Below are positions 25,676-39,191 of a DNA stretch of 64,000 bases, piece after piece. The position numbers were made by a program, and so were the translations under genes. Numbering within the stretch: the stretch's first letter is position 1; each line of letters begins with the position of its first letter. Below the pieces are notes generated by a model. That model saw only the letters and a list, made by a program, of their open reading frames with translations. It had not been told where the DNA came from and did no database searches. The DNA comes from Octopus sinensis (Eukaryota): positions 13,144,001 to 13,208,000 of the forward strand of contig NC_042998.1 of NCBI RefSeq assembly GCF_006345805.1, written 5' to 3'.

Positions 25676-26208
25676 ATCTTCCACTGGGGATTTTCCCTCT
25701 CTTTTACATCTCTCTGACTTCTCCTGCTCTGATGGCCCAACCTATGGATTCCTTATTCAGTATGATGATCCACACGATAGCGGGTGAGCGTGCAGGCATG
25801 TATATATGCGTGAGATGCTAGTGTGCATTCACCATCCCACCGACCGGAAGCAAGAAATAGTCTGGTTGTGAATGAGACTGATGGAATACGTACCGGAGTT
25901 AATAAATAATCACAGGTAGAGATTTCTTATTATCTGTCAGGTTAAAGGTAACCTGAAGTACTACTAGAAAATGAAGGCATTCGTAAGATCGTTCCAAGCC
26001 ACAAATATACAATGATGATAATAAACATTTGGGTGAGGTGCCAAGAATGGTGAATACACACTGGCATCTCACGTATATATAACATGCCTGAGCGGTCGCC
26101 CACTATCGTGTGGATCATCATGTTGAATAAGGATTCTATAGGCTGAGTCATCAGAGCAGGAGAAGTCAGCGAGATTGAAAAGAGAGGGAAAATTCCTCAG
26201 TGAAAGAT
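25676..26208. repeat. Inverted repeat (~158-bp arms) of LINE AP-endonuclease-like sequence
   Basis: 25676-25833 versus 26049-26208, roughly 80% by eye. Translations LIQHDDPHDSGRPLRHVI and LIQYDDPHDSG resemble the APE motif Q.V..PTH..G..LDLV. Confidence 0.7.
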
Positions 26209-26521
26209 GGAGATATAGATCGCATTTTGAGGCGTTAGGCGAAGGAAGACCGGTGAGCAAATAGATATTGCATCTAAATGACTGGCCGACAGAATAAGGA
26301 TTATAAATCACAGAACCGCCAAAGATAGTGTGGCGTGCCTCCTGATATACTCTGAAAATCAAGCATAAAGAAAATGCATACAACCGCACAAATACACAAA
26401 CAGAAATATATTTATATATACATAAAATATAGACACGGACATATATATATATAAATATGAATATACATTCACTCACTCATCTATGGACACTGATACACTC
26501 AGACGCACACAAACACACACA

Positions 26522-26566
<45 letters not shown>

Positions 26567-26747
26567 GTATCTCTTGGCTTATATGCGTTTTCTTTAGCAT
26601 GCATTTGAGTGGGTATAATCTACCGCAAATATTTAAATCTCATGGCTTAATACATAGTTCATAACTGCAATATTTCGACGCTAACACCTAATCTTTTGAA
26701 GCTAGAATTCAAAGTGTGAAGTAAATGGTGTGCACAAAATACTCCCT

Positions 26748-26799
<52 letters not shown>

Positions 26800-26900
26800 A
26801 GCGCACACATTTATATATACATTTGTCTATGTATGTTTAGATACGAAAATGTGTGTGTGTATATGATTATGTATTTGTGCATACACACACGCATATATAT

Positions 26901-26943
<43 letters not shown>

Positions 26944-27854
26944 GTACACAAGAACTCTATCTTTCTCTCTCTCTCTCTCACACACACGCACACATAATAT
27001 CACGTTCAAAGTATGGCTTTGGAATAAATTTTCGAATCCATCCCCGTTTTATTAATTAAATTTCATTACATTTAATCCACCTTCTTTCTGTAAAGTTTTT
27101 AAACTCGCCATGAACATTAAAAACATTATTAATGGTCTTTTTTACATTTATGTCCACGGCGTATTTCAGTTAAAATATATCTTCAATTATTTAATGAAAC
27201 AGGAAGAAAGAAAGTATTTAACTCGTCTCAGTAAACGTTGCTTGCTTCGGGAAGATAATTACGTATTGATTTCAAATATAAACATCAAAGAAAATTTGTC
27301 AGCTTTAATTTAATTAAATTCGTGAATATATTTTCTACAAATTGAGATTTGTTCGTGTGTCAGATTGTTGATGGAATTTAGCAATTTGCTGCTACTTTTA
27401 CACATATAATATTGTGTTTGATATAAGTGGTTCGCAATAAAAATATTTAAGTCCTTACGTCGCAAGCCAAAATTACATGTAGAAATTGAAACAAGCAAAA
27501 ACACAGTTGTTTAGCCTGTTGGTTTTGATCTCTCAGAGTAAATCTTTTCTGTGTATTTATCTACATTTCCTTTTTTGTTCAATTAAATTATTATCATAGT
27601 TGAATTTATGCATCGTTACTTGTCAACACACATTGTAATTCATCTAAACGCCTCACAGGAGTAATGAAACGAAAATCGACGCCTGCGGTATTTAATTTCA
27701 GATCGTATACAACGGTAATTTATTACTACAAATAATTTCCTGTAGCAAAATGCTGCGATAATGTAACCTCATCTCCATATTAGGTTTCCGAAGTGTAGCA
27801 TCGGATGTATCCGCCATAGTAATTGAGTTTGACACATATTAATTCAAATTTTAG

Positions 27855-28570
27855 CCCCGAAAGGCTGAAAGGCAAAGACGACCGTGGCTGAATTTGAACC
27901 CAGAAAGCAAAAAGCCAGAAGGAATGCATTTAAGCTATTTGTTCAACTTTCTAACGATTATAACAGCAAGCCACCTGAAGATGAATTCATAATATTCTTT
28001 CTAAGTTTTTTTACAATGCCAGCAATTTTAATGTGAGGAATAACTCGATTACATTGGCCCCAGTACTCAAAGAGTACCTATCTTATTGACCCCTGATGGG
28101 TAACAGGCCAAGTCGACCTCGGAGGCATTTGAAATTGAACATATTATTGGCACAATGCCAGTTATGTAGTGGGAGGCGCTTACATTGATCCCTGTACTCA
28201 ACTGCTACTTATTTCATCGACGCCGAAGAATAAAAAGCAGACCTGACCTCGGAGGAATTTGAACTCAGAACGTAAGATGGACTAAATGCCGCTAAGCACT
28301 TTTCCCCGTATGCTAACGGTTCTTCCAACTCGCCGTCCTCGTTGAACATATAATATTTGTTTCATATTCCGGCGCAAGACCAGCAAGTATAAGTTTGTAA
28401 CATCGATCCCAGTATTAAAGTACTGCTTATTTTATCGATGCCGAGGTGTGAAGGGCAAAGTCGACCTCGGTGGAATTTGAACTCAGAACATAAAGACGAT
28501 CGAAATGCAGCTAAACATTTGCCCAGCTGCTAAAGATTCTGATAGCTCATCATCCTCGGTAAACATAATA
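27855..28570 (-). mobile_element. Four degenerate head-to-tail copies of SINE family B
   Basis: AAGTCGACCTCGG.GGAATTTGAAC-like motif at ~27880, 28110, 28250 and 28460. Junctions share AACAT(AT)AATATT-like sequence. Confidence 0.7.
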
Positions 28571-31055
28571 TTAAATGAAATAAGCAGTCGATTGTTTGAA
28601 TTCGAACCCGGACGATGAATAGACGTATTCAAATACCACGATTTATGTTTGGACGCTCTTGTTAAATAATTTTGTTATTAAGGTCTATAAAATGACTTGT
28701 AATTACATGAAATTGGTGTAGAATTGATTAAATATGCGCCGTAGTCCTACATTTGTATACGTAAGTTAATTTATTGATTTTATTGATCTTCTGATGACCT
28801 CAAGTACGTTTTAGACTGACTAAAATATTTAAATGAACGTAAAATATATGAACAAAATAACAAAAATATCTAAGTAAGTAATTTTCAGTTCTATAATCTT
28901 TTATCATAAAAGAATATTTCAAGGTGTGTAAAATAAATATTTTAGTTTATTCTCTTGAGTTGCTCATTCGTATAATGTTCTTTAAAATGATCACGTATAT
29001 TGATATCAACCGAATCGATATACACAGAAATAGTCTGTTAAAAATGGAGATTACATTACACATCAAATTTAATTAGAATAGATCATGTATGTACGATAAA
29101 AATCAGAGAACATTTATATTATGAAAACCATTAGAGATTCTATCTCTGTCTGGAAACTTTAAAATTCAAATAGACAAAATATTTCCTTTATCCGTTACAT
29201 TATAGATAGGAGAAAGAATCTGTGGACTAATCAGTGATATATAAACTCGTTATGCAATATCGCTAAAATAACAGTAGTTGCGCAAATTTTACTTAGCCAA
29301 CTTTTTTCTATCCACTATTCTTGTTGAATCAGGAAAGAATATGGCCATTTGCTTTGCCGATAAAATTACAATATATTTTTAGAATACAGCTTGCAATATC
29401 TTTGAAACAATCTCTAGATTTTGTTTCTATTTGCTTTACTAATGTGTGTAATGGAAATCCTACTGAATTCATTCTTCAATTGGGCATAGAATATGAGATT
29501 GTATCATTGGGATAATATGGAACGTTGGAAAATGAATAAAAGAAAGCTGTGCTCTATCAATACAAAGCGCACGTCATTGAATGTTCGTACGCTTGTAAGT
29601 AATTTATAACCGTTATAAAGCAGAAAATGAACACTCTCTGTCTCTTAAATAGCGGATGTTTCGGTCTAGTTCAAACGCTATAAATGAATTGATATAACTT
29701 ATAGTAGGAAAATAATTGGATATTTTGTGGTGGTAATAAACGAACATAACAATAACAAAATATAAAAGTCGACTCGAATAAATATTGTGTTATAAGATTT
29801 ATAGAAAGATAAAAAAAAAGACAAATATTTGTTTTAATTGGCCTCTAATGCGGAAATTTAGCTATCTGTTATGAGTATGTATATATATATCCAGTTGTTT
29901 GCAGGTGAGATAATTGCTTCACGGGAACATTTTAGATTGCACACGTTGTTTTCAAAGCTGGGAAAATGATTAAATAGCATTTATGAGACCTACAGGGATT
30001 TCTAAAGCAGGAGAAACTTCTCTTGAAACACAGTTTGAGTTGAATACCATATATATATGCTGATTCTTCATTTGAAACTATATCTGAGACTTTTTTTCGC
30101 AGCTAAAACTTTTAATTTGGTAAGCAATTCTCGGATCGAGTTACTTCGAATTTGATGTAAAATCTTGAATTCCAGGAAAGTATTCATGGCATATGTCGGC
30201 AATAATCAGTAATATTCAAAATATTTAAGGTGTAAACTCTTTAAGCAACATACATCTTAATGTTGTCCGTACGACTCTGGAACTGAGGAAAAAAGGTAAT
30301 GATTCTATAAGGGCTGGAATACTATCTAGAATTTGCATATATAACCCAAGCAACAAGATTCTCGCCCTTTCGCCTATGAGGGCAATAACGTGCTATCTCA
30401 TTTGACATTCCACGCATTATGCGAATTATGGATTTATTTCAAGATTATCCAACATTATTTACTGACTAAAAGATGCTTAAGGAAATATGTGTTTGAATAG
30501 TGTTGTAGAACAAGAAACTCCTAACACTCCATTTGACCTTGGACAGAATTCAATAAAGAGTGAAATTTATGAAATGTTATCGAAGTGATTACTGCTAATA
30601 TTTAGCCGCAGTTCAATATTGACCGATTAAAGCAGCGATCATATTCTTCATACCTATCGCTTTATCTTCACGCCTCTTAAGCATAATATAACTACAACTA
30701 TACAAAACTGAGAGTTATTATATCAGTGAGACTTGGATAAGATATCTAACTGACAAATTGTTCACATACAGTTTTACGATACGAAATTTATTGGCTATAA
30801 CACAAACATACCTCATAGAGAATTTTAAGATTTCACGGGAACAATATAACATTCCCTTGCCTTAAAAATATAGACAGTAGTAACTACATATTAAAACGTT
30901 TATTATAAAAATCCTGGATTGTAGTTACAATACGGCTTTGATATCTCATTATAACTCGGTAACTTGGGTAAGTATCTTGTGATATAGACACAGAAAAACC
31001 AATGATGGGTCACTAAACTCGATAGTCGGGAATTGGGAAACTGTGAAAACCGTCG

Positions 31056-31087
<32 letters not shown>

Positions 31088-31295
31088 TGTATGTATGTAG
31101 TATGTATGTATGTATGTATGTGTGTATGTATGTATTTACGTATGTAAGGGGTTATCTACCTATATATAAATGATAAATGTACGTGTAAACGCGTATATAT
31201 ATATAAATGTGAACTTTAGGTCAGTTAAAACACATACACACACATATACATATATATATATATACATATATATATATATGCGGACATCAGGTCAG

Positions 31296-31337
<42 letters not shown>

Positions 31338-31456
31338 AAATGTAGGTCAGCTAACGGCAAAGTCAGTACAGTTACCGTGTATGTGTGTATTTGTGTATGT
31401 GTGTGTGTGTATATATATATACACACGCAATATAAATAACTAACAAAGGCGTACTA

Positions 31457-31690
31457 GGGTCAATACATTACGGCCGTTTCAAGCGGCTCCATTTAATAGA
31501 TTAATGAAAATAGTACGTCAGTTTGAATGAAAGCGTTCCCGTCAGATGAATTAAAGGTATACTAAATATATGTACCTCTAATTCGAATACCCATTATATT
31601 CGATGCTATATTTTACAATATCTCATACTTATACTGTTTTCATTAATCAATTAAATGGAAGAGCTTGAAACGGCCGTAATGAATTGACAC
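31457..31690. mobile_element. MITE with 57-bp TIRs
   Basis: 31459-31515 is reverse-complementary to 31632-31688 with about 5 mismatches (CATTACGGCCGTTTCAAGC..TCCATTTAAT.GATTAATGAAAA.AGTA). Confidence 0.85.
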
Positions 31691-31972
31691 ATGTATATTA
31701 TTTTTACTTATTCTGATCATTTAAATCAGAATCTGCAGTTCGGAAATACTATAGAAATTAACTGTATAAAATGTACATGTCTGATTTACGAAGAGCAGAT
31801 ATCTTCAGTTAGCTGGGTTGCGTTTTTTTGCACAATCGACGAAAATATTAGGTACAAATACCCCTGCACGGAGTCTTGATATTCTATATTCAAATTGTAG
31901 TGTTGGGATGTGCAGATTATACCGCACGCGAAAGGGGCCTCAATTTAAGTACTTAATTTAACTGAATCTCAG

Positions 31973-32014
<42 letters not shown>

Positions 32015-32044
32015 ACACGAACGCACACGTATATATATATGTGA

Positions 32045-32260
32045 CCGCGTGTGTACCGTTGGCGATTTTTTCCTCTGTCTTCCCTTCTCTGGATCTTTCC
32101 TTCTCCTATGCTTCCGACGAAGAGCTCCGCTCGAAACGTTAAACCCACCTTCTTCCCTTCCTTCCTGTGCGTCCAATAATACTATATTTGTTCCACGTCC
32201 TCGCGTTGGTGTGTTTTCTCTTTGTGTTTTCATGTTTGGATTATATGTATATATATATGC
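32045..32260 (+). mobile_element. Short repeat with minimal HHR-like motif (CCGACGA variant)
   Basis: CCGACGA-A-GAGC-TCC-GCTC-GAAACGTT-AAAC at 32114-32144. Homologous to 57926-58090 and 62480-62690. Confidence 0.7.
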
Positions 32261-33508
32261 CGAGTTGCCTCCAGTAAATTTATAGCTGCCATAGCAAAAG
32301 ACAAACTTGATTTGTGTTATCTACATGTTTAAAATCTCTAAACTGAAAGAATCTTCATCTCACTATTCTGTGCACGTCTGTTATTCAATATTACTGACTT
32401 TTCTCATTGAGGCATGGATTTTCATGATGCTGCCCGGCAAAGGCTGGTAGATTTATATTCATTCTTCACTCAGTACTCTTTTCAGCTCTGTAATTCATTT
32501 AAGTTTCAATGGTCTTACTCGTAACTTTCTATCAAGTTATGTATGTTTGTACTATATATCTGCTTTATAAGAAAAGAACGAGACATTCAGCAATCAAATT
32601 TAGAAATTATATTTTGTCTGTTTGTTTCGACACATATCCTAATTTACTTGTATGGCATAAGACATTTGATAGGAAAATGTTTGTTCTTCGTATAAGTCCA
32701 ACACTAGAATAAATGCGTTTCGTATATTTGGCTGTGCTTATTACAATTAAGTTGTTTCGCCTGTGTATGATTTTCAGGTGCTTTAACCCCCAACCTAATC
32801 AGGGAATCACCATAGAGGACCTATACAGTAAGGAACTAGCGAACAAACGAAGTACATTATATGAGGAGTTATCTGCGATATACTATTCTATAATTAAGTA
32901 CAGACAACCAGAGGCTAAATATTCAAAGATATACTATATAGAGTGTCATCAGGAAATGAGGAAAAATTCTTGAAGTTATTTACGTAACTAAATAACGTGA
33001 TTGCGAACATCGTCAATCAACTCTTTAGTATCAACAAGTTTGAAATTTTGAGTAATATACACAATGTAATAGTTAGATTCAATCTACTAAACAAGTTCAG
33101 TAAACATTTTTGGCATGTTCCAAAATACCAAAATAAATGACCATTAATAATTCTGTTTACGTTGCTGCAAATATTCAATTCTATTTTCGTTATTCCAGAT
33201 TTTTCGATGACAAAAATAACGAATCATTTCTATAACATTTGGTTTTTTCTTCTTCTTTTTTACTTTACTAATATCACTTCATTATCCAGTCTCGTATCTT
33301 CTGTTTTGCGTTTTGAATGCGATATACATAGCAACATCTCAAAATTTTACTGATTCATATTCAAAAACAAAAGACATATTACCTTTATGTATATTTTAAC
33401 TTGCGGCGATATTTCCACTTTTGGCAATTTTGTAATTCAAAGTAATGCGTATGTATATGCAAACATATGAATATATAGACACAGTCATATATACATACAT
33501 ACATATAT

Positions 33509-33620
<112 letters not shown>

Positions 33621-33669
33621 AACATTGGGAGGGGCTTTATGCCGGTAACAGAAATTCGAACTATATATA

Positions 33670-33930
33670 TATATCGAAACGTAGAGTAGATGAAACCATA
33701 GCGACTGAAGAAGGGTTTTTTCTTTTTTTTCTATGTGTTAATTGTCCTGTACTCTATTTTTTTGTTGTTTAAAAAAATGTCCAGTTCCTTGGGTTTGTGT
33801 CTATGTTTTCGTTTCTCATTGTGTTTGATGTCATTTTGGTGTCCTGTACTCACACATGCGTGTATATGTACATGTAGAGGTAGGTACGTACATATATGTT
33901 TATATATATGCATGTTTTATTTATTAATAT
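33670..33930 (+). mobile_element. Partial second copy of the 212-1110 element
   Basis: TTGTCCTGTACTCT..TTGTTGTTTAAAAAA..GTCC..GGTGTCCTGTAC..GTAGGTACGTACATATATG aligns with 832-1020. GAAAC (33676) to CTGAAGA (33705) spacing is 29 nt, as at 774 to 803. Confidence 0.65.
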
Positions 33931-33946
33931 ATTATATATATATATG

Positions 33947-34026
<80 letters not shown>

Positions 34027-34861
34027 AGTATGTATATAAGTATGTATAGTTGAAATTTACAAAAATCAAAAGACAAAGACAGATGTATGAGTGTGCGTGC
34101 TTATATTTGCGTGTCATATATGCTCTCAATTTAGGGAAATGAGGAAAATGTTTTGTGCTTGTATTTGCGTCACTCGATCGCTTGTGTCCATGCGTTAACA
34201 ACACACTGCGGGGATTTTAAAGATAGTACTTCCCGAAGGACGTACTTCAATCTGGTTCATATTTTATAGATGAGGTTTTACGATATTCTTTTCACTCAAA
34301 AAAAAAAAGGAATCAATCCACTGCTTAGCCGTAACGTTAATACAGATGAAGTCTAACTCATTATTGATCCACTTTGAACATCGGGAATAAAAAATCTGTG
34401 GTACAGGTAAAAACCGAAAAGAAATTACAGCCAGATGGTGGTATGGAAAGCTTAACTAGAAGCTGAGATTAGAGTTATGCATTCATTCTGTATACGGAAG
34501 GAGTGATAAGAGGAAAAGTAACAGGTTGGACTGCTGTGGGAAAAATAGACGTAGGGAAAAGGGCTGTAGAAAAAACCTAGTTATAAAGAAAATTCAAGAA
34601 TTTGATGAAAATTTATTTATTTAGCTCCTCGATTTGGAGAATCATCATGTACAAAACCATATATATGGTACCCTAGGCATAACACCAACATGAACTTCCA
34701 ACTTCTTGTTTTTTGGGGTCTCTGGGCAAAAGCCAAACATAAAATATTAATAATAATAATAATATAATAATAATAATAATAATAATATAATAATAATATA
34801 ATAGTAATAATAAAAATAATAACAATAATAATAATAATAATAATAATAATAATTTTTTTAA

Positions 34862-35255
34862 TTTCTTAAATTTTATTTTATCTAGTTTCAGCTCACGGGC
34901 TGTGCCAATGCTGGGGCACCGCCACTTGGTGTTACTGCATGATTTTACTTCACGAATGCTTTTTAACAATTGCCATTTGGTGCCTGAGAGAGTTCGATGC
35001 AGCTGCCCTCATCTGCACCTCCTGCCGTGAAGTTGGTTCATCTGGGACACCTGACAGGAAGAGATCCAGTTTTATTTTAAAGACTTCTGCATCCACCCCA
35101 TGCAGGTCTCTCAGGTTCTTCGGGAGGATATTGAAGAGCTGTGGGCCTCTGAAGTCCAGGCTATCACAGTATCTTGTCCTAAATCTTGATGGCAAATTTG
35201 GAGTCCTTGGCACTATGCAGTGGGGCCCAGTTCTGGCATATGTGTAATTCTCATA
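34862..35255 (-). mobile_element. 3' end of a CR1/L2-group LINE
   Basis: RTGPHCIVPRTP...RYCDSLDFRGPQLFNILPKNLRDLHGVDAEVFKIKLDLFLSGVPDEPT, followed by a short 3' UTR and a (TAA)n tail. Confidence 0.85.
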
Positions 35256-35267
35256 TAGTAAGTAAAC

Positions 35268-35815
35268 GTAGTATGCTGGCAGAGAAAGAATACGAGAAAA
35301 TACATGACAATCTAGGGAGAGCAATCCACTGGGAGCTATAGAGAAATCTAGGATTTGAACACACTGATAAATGGTATGAACTTGAACCTAGTAAAGTACT
35401 AGACAGTACGAAATATAAGATGTTGTGGGATTTTAGCATTCAGACTCACACAAGTAACAAAAGCTAGGAAGCCTGATTTGGTAGTAGTACGTAATAGTAG
35501 TAGGTAAAGTGAATAGTGCCAGACAATTGAATTTATAGTCCCAAAAGATGAAACAATTAATATGAGAAGTATAGAAAAAATAACAAAGTGACAAGACCTA
35601 GTTATTGGATTACAGAGACTATGGAAAGTGTGGGTAGAATGTATGCCAGAAATTATAGGTGCATTGGGTACAATCCCTAAAGATCTGAACAGATGGCTAG
35701 AGGAAATAGGCGAAAACCTAGTTTAGTACATCTTCAGAAAACATCATCGTTAGGGAGAGCTAGAATAATTAGGAGGGTTCTTGGCATCTAAGGTTACTTA
35801 TTGTAGCCCGATGTT
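35268..35815 (+). mobile_element. 3' end of an R4/Dong-like LINE (restriction-like endonuclease domain), pseudogenised
   Basis: SMLAEKEYEKIHDNLGRAIHWEL...DKWYELEPSKVLDSTKYKMLWDFSIQT...ARKPDLVVV...IIGALGTIPKDL...ARIIRRVLGI*. Confidence 0.85.
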
Positions 35816-35875
35816 AGAATTCTTTCCTTTTCCAAGTCTAATCTGTTGAGTGTATATGAAAATAATAGGAGGATA

Positions 35876-36257
35876 GGAGCACTCCGTCGGTTGCGACGAT
35901 GAGGGTCCCAGCTGATACGATCAACGGAACAGCTTGCTCGTGATATTAACGTGCAAGTGGCTGAGCACTCCACAGACACGTGTACCCTTAACGTAGTTCT
36001 CGAGGAGATTCAGCGTGACACAGATTGTGACAAGGCTGGCCCTTTGAAATACAGGTACAAGAGAAACAGGAAGAAAGAGCGAGAGAAAGTTGTGGTGAAA
36101 GAGTACAGCAGGGTTCACCACCATCCCCTGCCGGAGCCTCGTGGAGCTTTAGGTGTTTTCGCTCAATAAACACTCACAATGCCCGGTTTGGGAATCCAAA
36201 CCGCGATCCTCCGACCGCGAGTCCGCTACCCTAACCACTGGGCCATTGCGCCTCCAC
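35876..36257 (-). mobile_element. tRNA(Arg)-derived SINE (possibly the octopus OR type)
   Basis: Minus-strand head GGAGGCGCAATGGCCCAGTGGTTAGGGTAGCGGACTCGCGGTCGGAGGATCGCGGTTTGGATTCCC, with A/B boxes and a TCG anticodon position, then a ~300-bp body. Confidence 0.8.
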
Positions 36258-37984
36258 TATGAAAATAATAATAATAATTACAATACACAAATAAGCATAC
36301 ATACATATCTATATATATTTCTATCAATATGTGTGTGAATGTATGCATGAATATATATGCATAGTGCATATTTATACACACAAACACATATATATGTCTC
36401 TATGTATGTTGCGCCTGCAGGTTTTGTTCCTGTTGTGTCTGGTCCAGCCTTCTAGAAATCTGTATTCACGCTTAATATGTCAGTTTGTGTGTCTGAATAC
36501 ATATGTAAATGTATGTATATATATGTATGTATGTACGAATGTATCTATCTATATAGCATATTAATGATCAGATCATACAGATCATAACCTCATAATTTCT
36601 AAAATATAATTTTTTTTTTTTTTTATATGAAAACTATATATCTCTGCTAAAATCTTCTGTTCAAAAAAATATTGTCTTCAAGGAAAGATAAAAGAACTAA
36701 TAGTCTATACTGAAAGTCTAATTTTTTTTTCCTGAAATCTCATCGATTTTATAAAACATGAAACATAAATGATTAATCGGTTTCTGATGTCGGCCGAACA
36801 ACAATGAACAAATATACTCTGGTAAATGTACATTTTCAGCTGTATTACAGCAGACACCAACATCTGTGCTTTTTCTGATCTGCCATTATTTGTCTTCTCA
36901 TTATTTGAATCATATTGTTAGGAATTCAAATATCGTTTGTCTCTATTTGTTGTAAGAAATATTGGTTTAGTTGGTTCGAATTGATACGTTATTATTCGCG
37001 TTTTGGTTTTGTTTCTTTTGTTAAATTTGCATATAATTCATTGGATTTCAAAATACCTACACAGCTTCAAATCAATAGTTATTGGATAAAGATTATCTTG
37101 AATTTATTATTTTAGCTACATCTTTACTTCTACAGAGATTCGTGATTTTATATGATCGTAAAATGTTACCTATAAAAAGCTATATGTTAATATAAGTATA
37201 TTCTGTATTGCACGTTATCTGAATGCTGCTATCAGAATTTCTCATCTCGTACGCCTGTGTATATTTAGGATGTAAATATTTATACTGTATTATGCTGATT
37301 TTCAGGGATTTGTTTAAATATAACAGCGTGTTGGCACATTTCCGTTTATATTGTAATGTTTGTAGCGCAGTACCAATGAAGTCTTTCTTTTTCGAGGACT
37401 CTGAGAGACATATGAAGAGCTCAGGCTCGAATACACGCAACAGAGTGAACCGTGTTAAAATACTCCAGAACTTGTAATATTCTTAAATTGGCCAAGTGTG
37501 TTACCAAATATTAAGTCTTCAACAAGAATTCAGGAAACAAGAATTAGAAAGAAGTACTACGTTAAATTCGATACACCAGTAATTCCGATTCCACACAGCC
37601 ACAACTGTTACCTATTTTTTGAACCAGGTAGGATAAACATAAAATGAAAAAAATTGACTTTGCCAAAACCTCAATACACAACATAAAGAGCCTTAGTAAA
37701 TTACTGAATATATCATGCGATCTGATATGCCACTTAGTTCGATATTATGATAGCTTTTCTCTACTAGGATGTTGTTCTGTACATCCAGCAATAGCATCGC
37801 ATCAATTATATGCTATCCCCAGTCGGTCATTCCTAGACATGTTTAATGCGTTTGACTGTGACTTAAGTTAAGTATAGTGGAATTATTTTACATGAATATT
37901 TATATAAAAATACATATACAGAGAAACACCCACACGCACCCACACACACATATATGTATATATATATATATATACATATACAGA

Positions 37985-38660
37985 GAAGTGGTCGATGATT
38001 TGTGGGAAGTACGAATTATTGTGTAAGTAAAGTGTAATATCTAAAAAGTTGGCCTTTGTTACATCATCATCAAAAACGGTGCTTAAGCCCATTCTACGGT
38101 AAAACTTAACTAAACTATTCTCCACTTTTTGTACATTTCGGTCGGAAACATTTTGAAGGTAAAGTAAACAATTATCACGATATAGACCGCCATTTACGTT
38201 TGGGAACTGTTCTGCCATTTTAAAAAGTATATATATATATACAAACTAAATCAACTATATGTGCTGAATCAGAACTTCCCATTGTAACATCAAAACCATC
38301 TGGTGTGTCTTTACGGACTCACAAATTATTGGTCAAATTTTATGATAGATTTTCCGGCGGCCAACACAACATTAATTTCTTCCTTGGTGAGACCAGTTTT
38401 GTTATGAGTAAGCCAAAGGGGCTTATTAATTACTATTGTGTTGATGGATGAATAAAAACTAGAAATGTCAAACTGGATAAACTTAGTGTTCCTCTTATTA
38501 TTAATAGAACTAAACCAAACGACGACTTGGAATGAGTTGAACCATAAACTAAGTTTTAATTTTTTTAATTAATGTAGGAACGACAGATAAGTCTTAAGAA
38601 TGGGTTATTAAAAAAATTTTGTTCGTGATCTTTTAAAATAAACCAAGGTTGCTCAGGATC
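37985..38660 (-). mobile_element. Penelope-like element reverse transcriptase remnant
   Basis: TKFIQL..F.PSIN, FDVTMGSSDSAHIVDL, GGLYRDN and ANFLDITL correspond to PLE RT motifs. Frameshifts are present. Confidence 0.8.
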
Positions 38661-39116
38661 AAGTGGTTCTGCCATCATTTGTAAGTTATACTTCTCCATA
38701 ATTTTCATAGCCTCAACGTTGGCTTTCTTGAATACACTATATCGGCAATTCTATAGTTTTTTTTTTAATTTCTTTTTTAAGCGATTCCAAATAATAGTCC
38801 TTGTTAAGTTTGTACATATTTCCCATTTAATCCGATTGAACCAGCATACTATCAATGGTATTAATTTCCTTGGTGATATTGTGAAGATACCTCAGACGTA
38901 TATTTCATAGCGTTGATGGGGGAAATTTTATATTTCTCACAATGGACCAAAGATTATCCTCAAACTGCTTCAATCTAGTGTTAGGTGGAGGACTATTTTT
39001 AGATTTATATAATTTGTTAAATTCAGAGGTTATATCATTAGTGTGTTGTTGAATGTCCCTGTTGTCAAATAAAAGGGTAAGCCATCTGATACGGTTGATA
39101 AAGGAATTTGTCTTGT

Positions 39117-39191
<75 letters not shown>

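Noticed and set aside
25725-26155. CTGATG(G/A) in the inverted-repeat arms
   Set aside because: No GAAA or stem II partner; better explained as APE coding sequence.
22017-32830. Plus-strand exon candidates (22017-22059 DVETLGHLKDSAFT and ~32778-32827 CFNPQPNQGITIEDLY)
   Set aside because: Splice signals look good but the pieces are short, unrecognised and cannot be distinguished from chance without RNA data.
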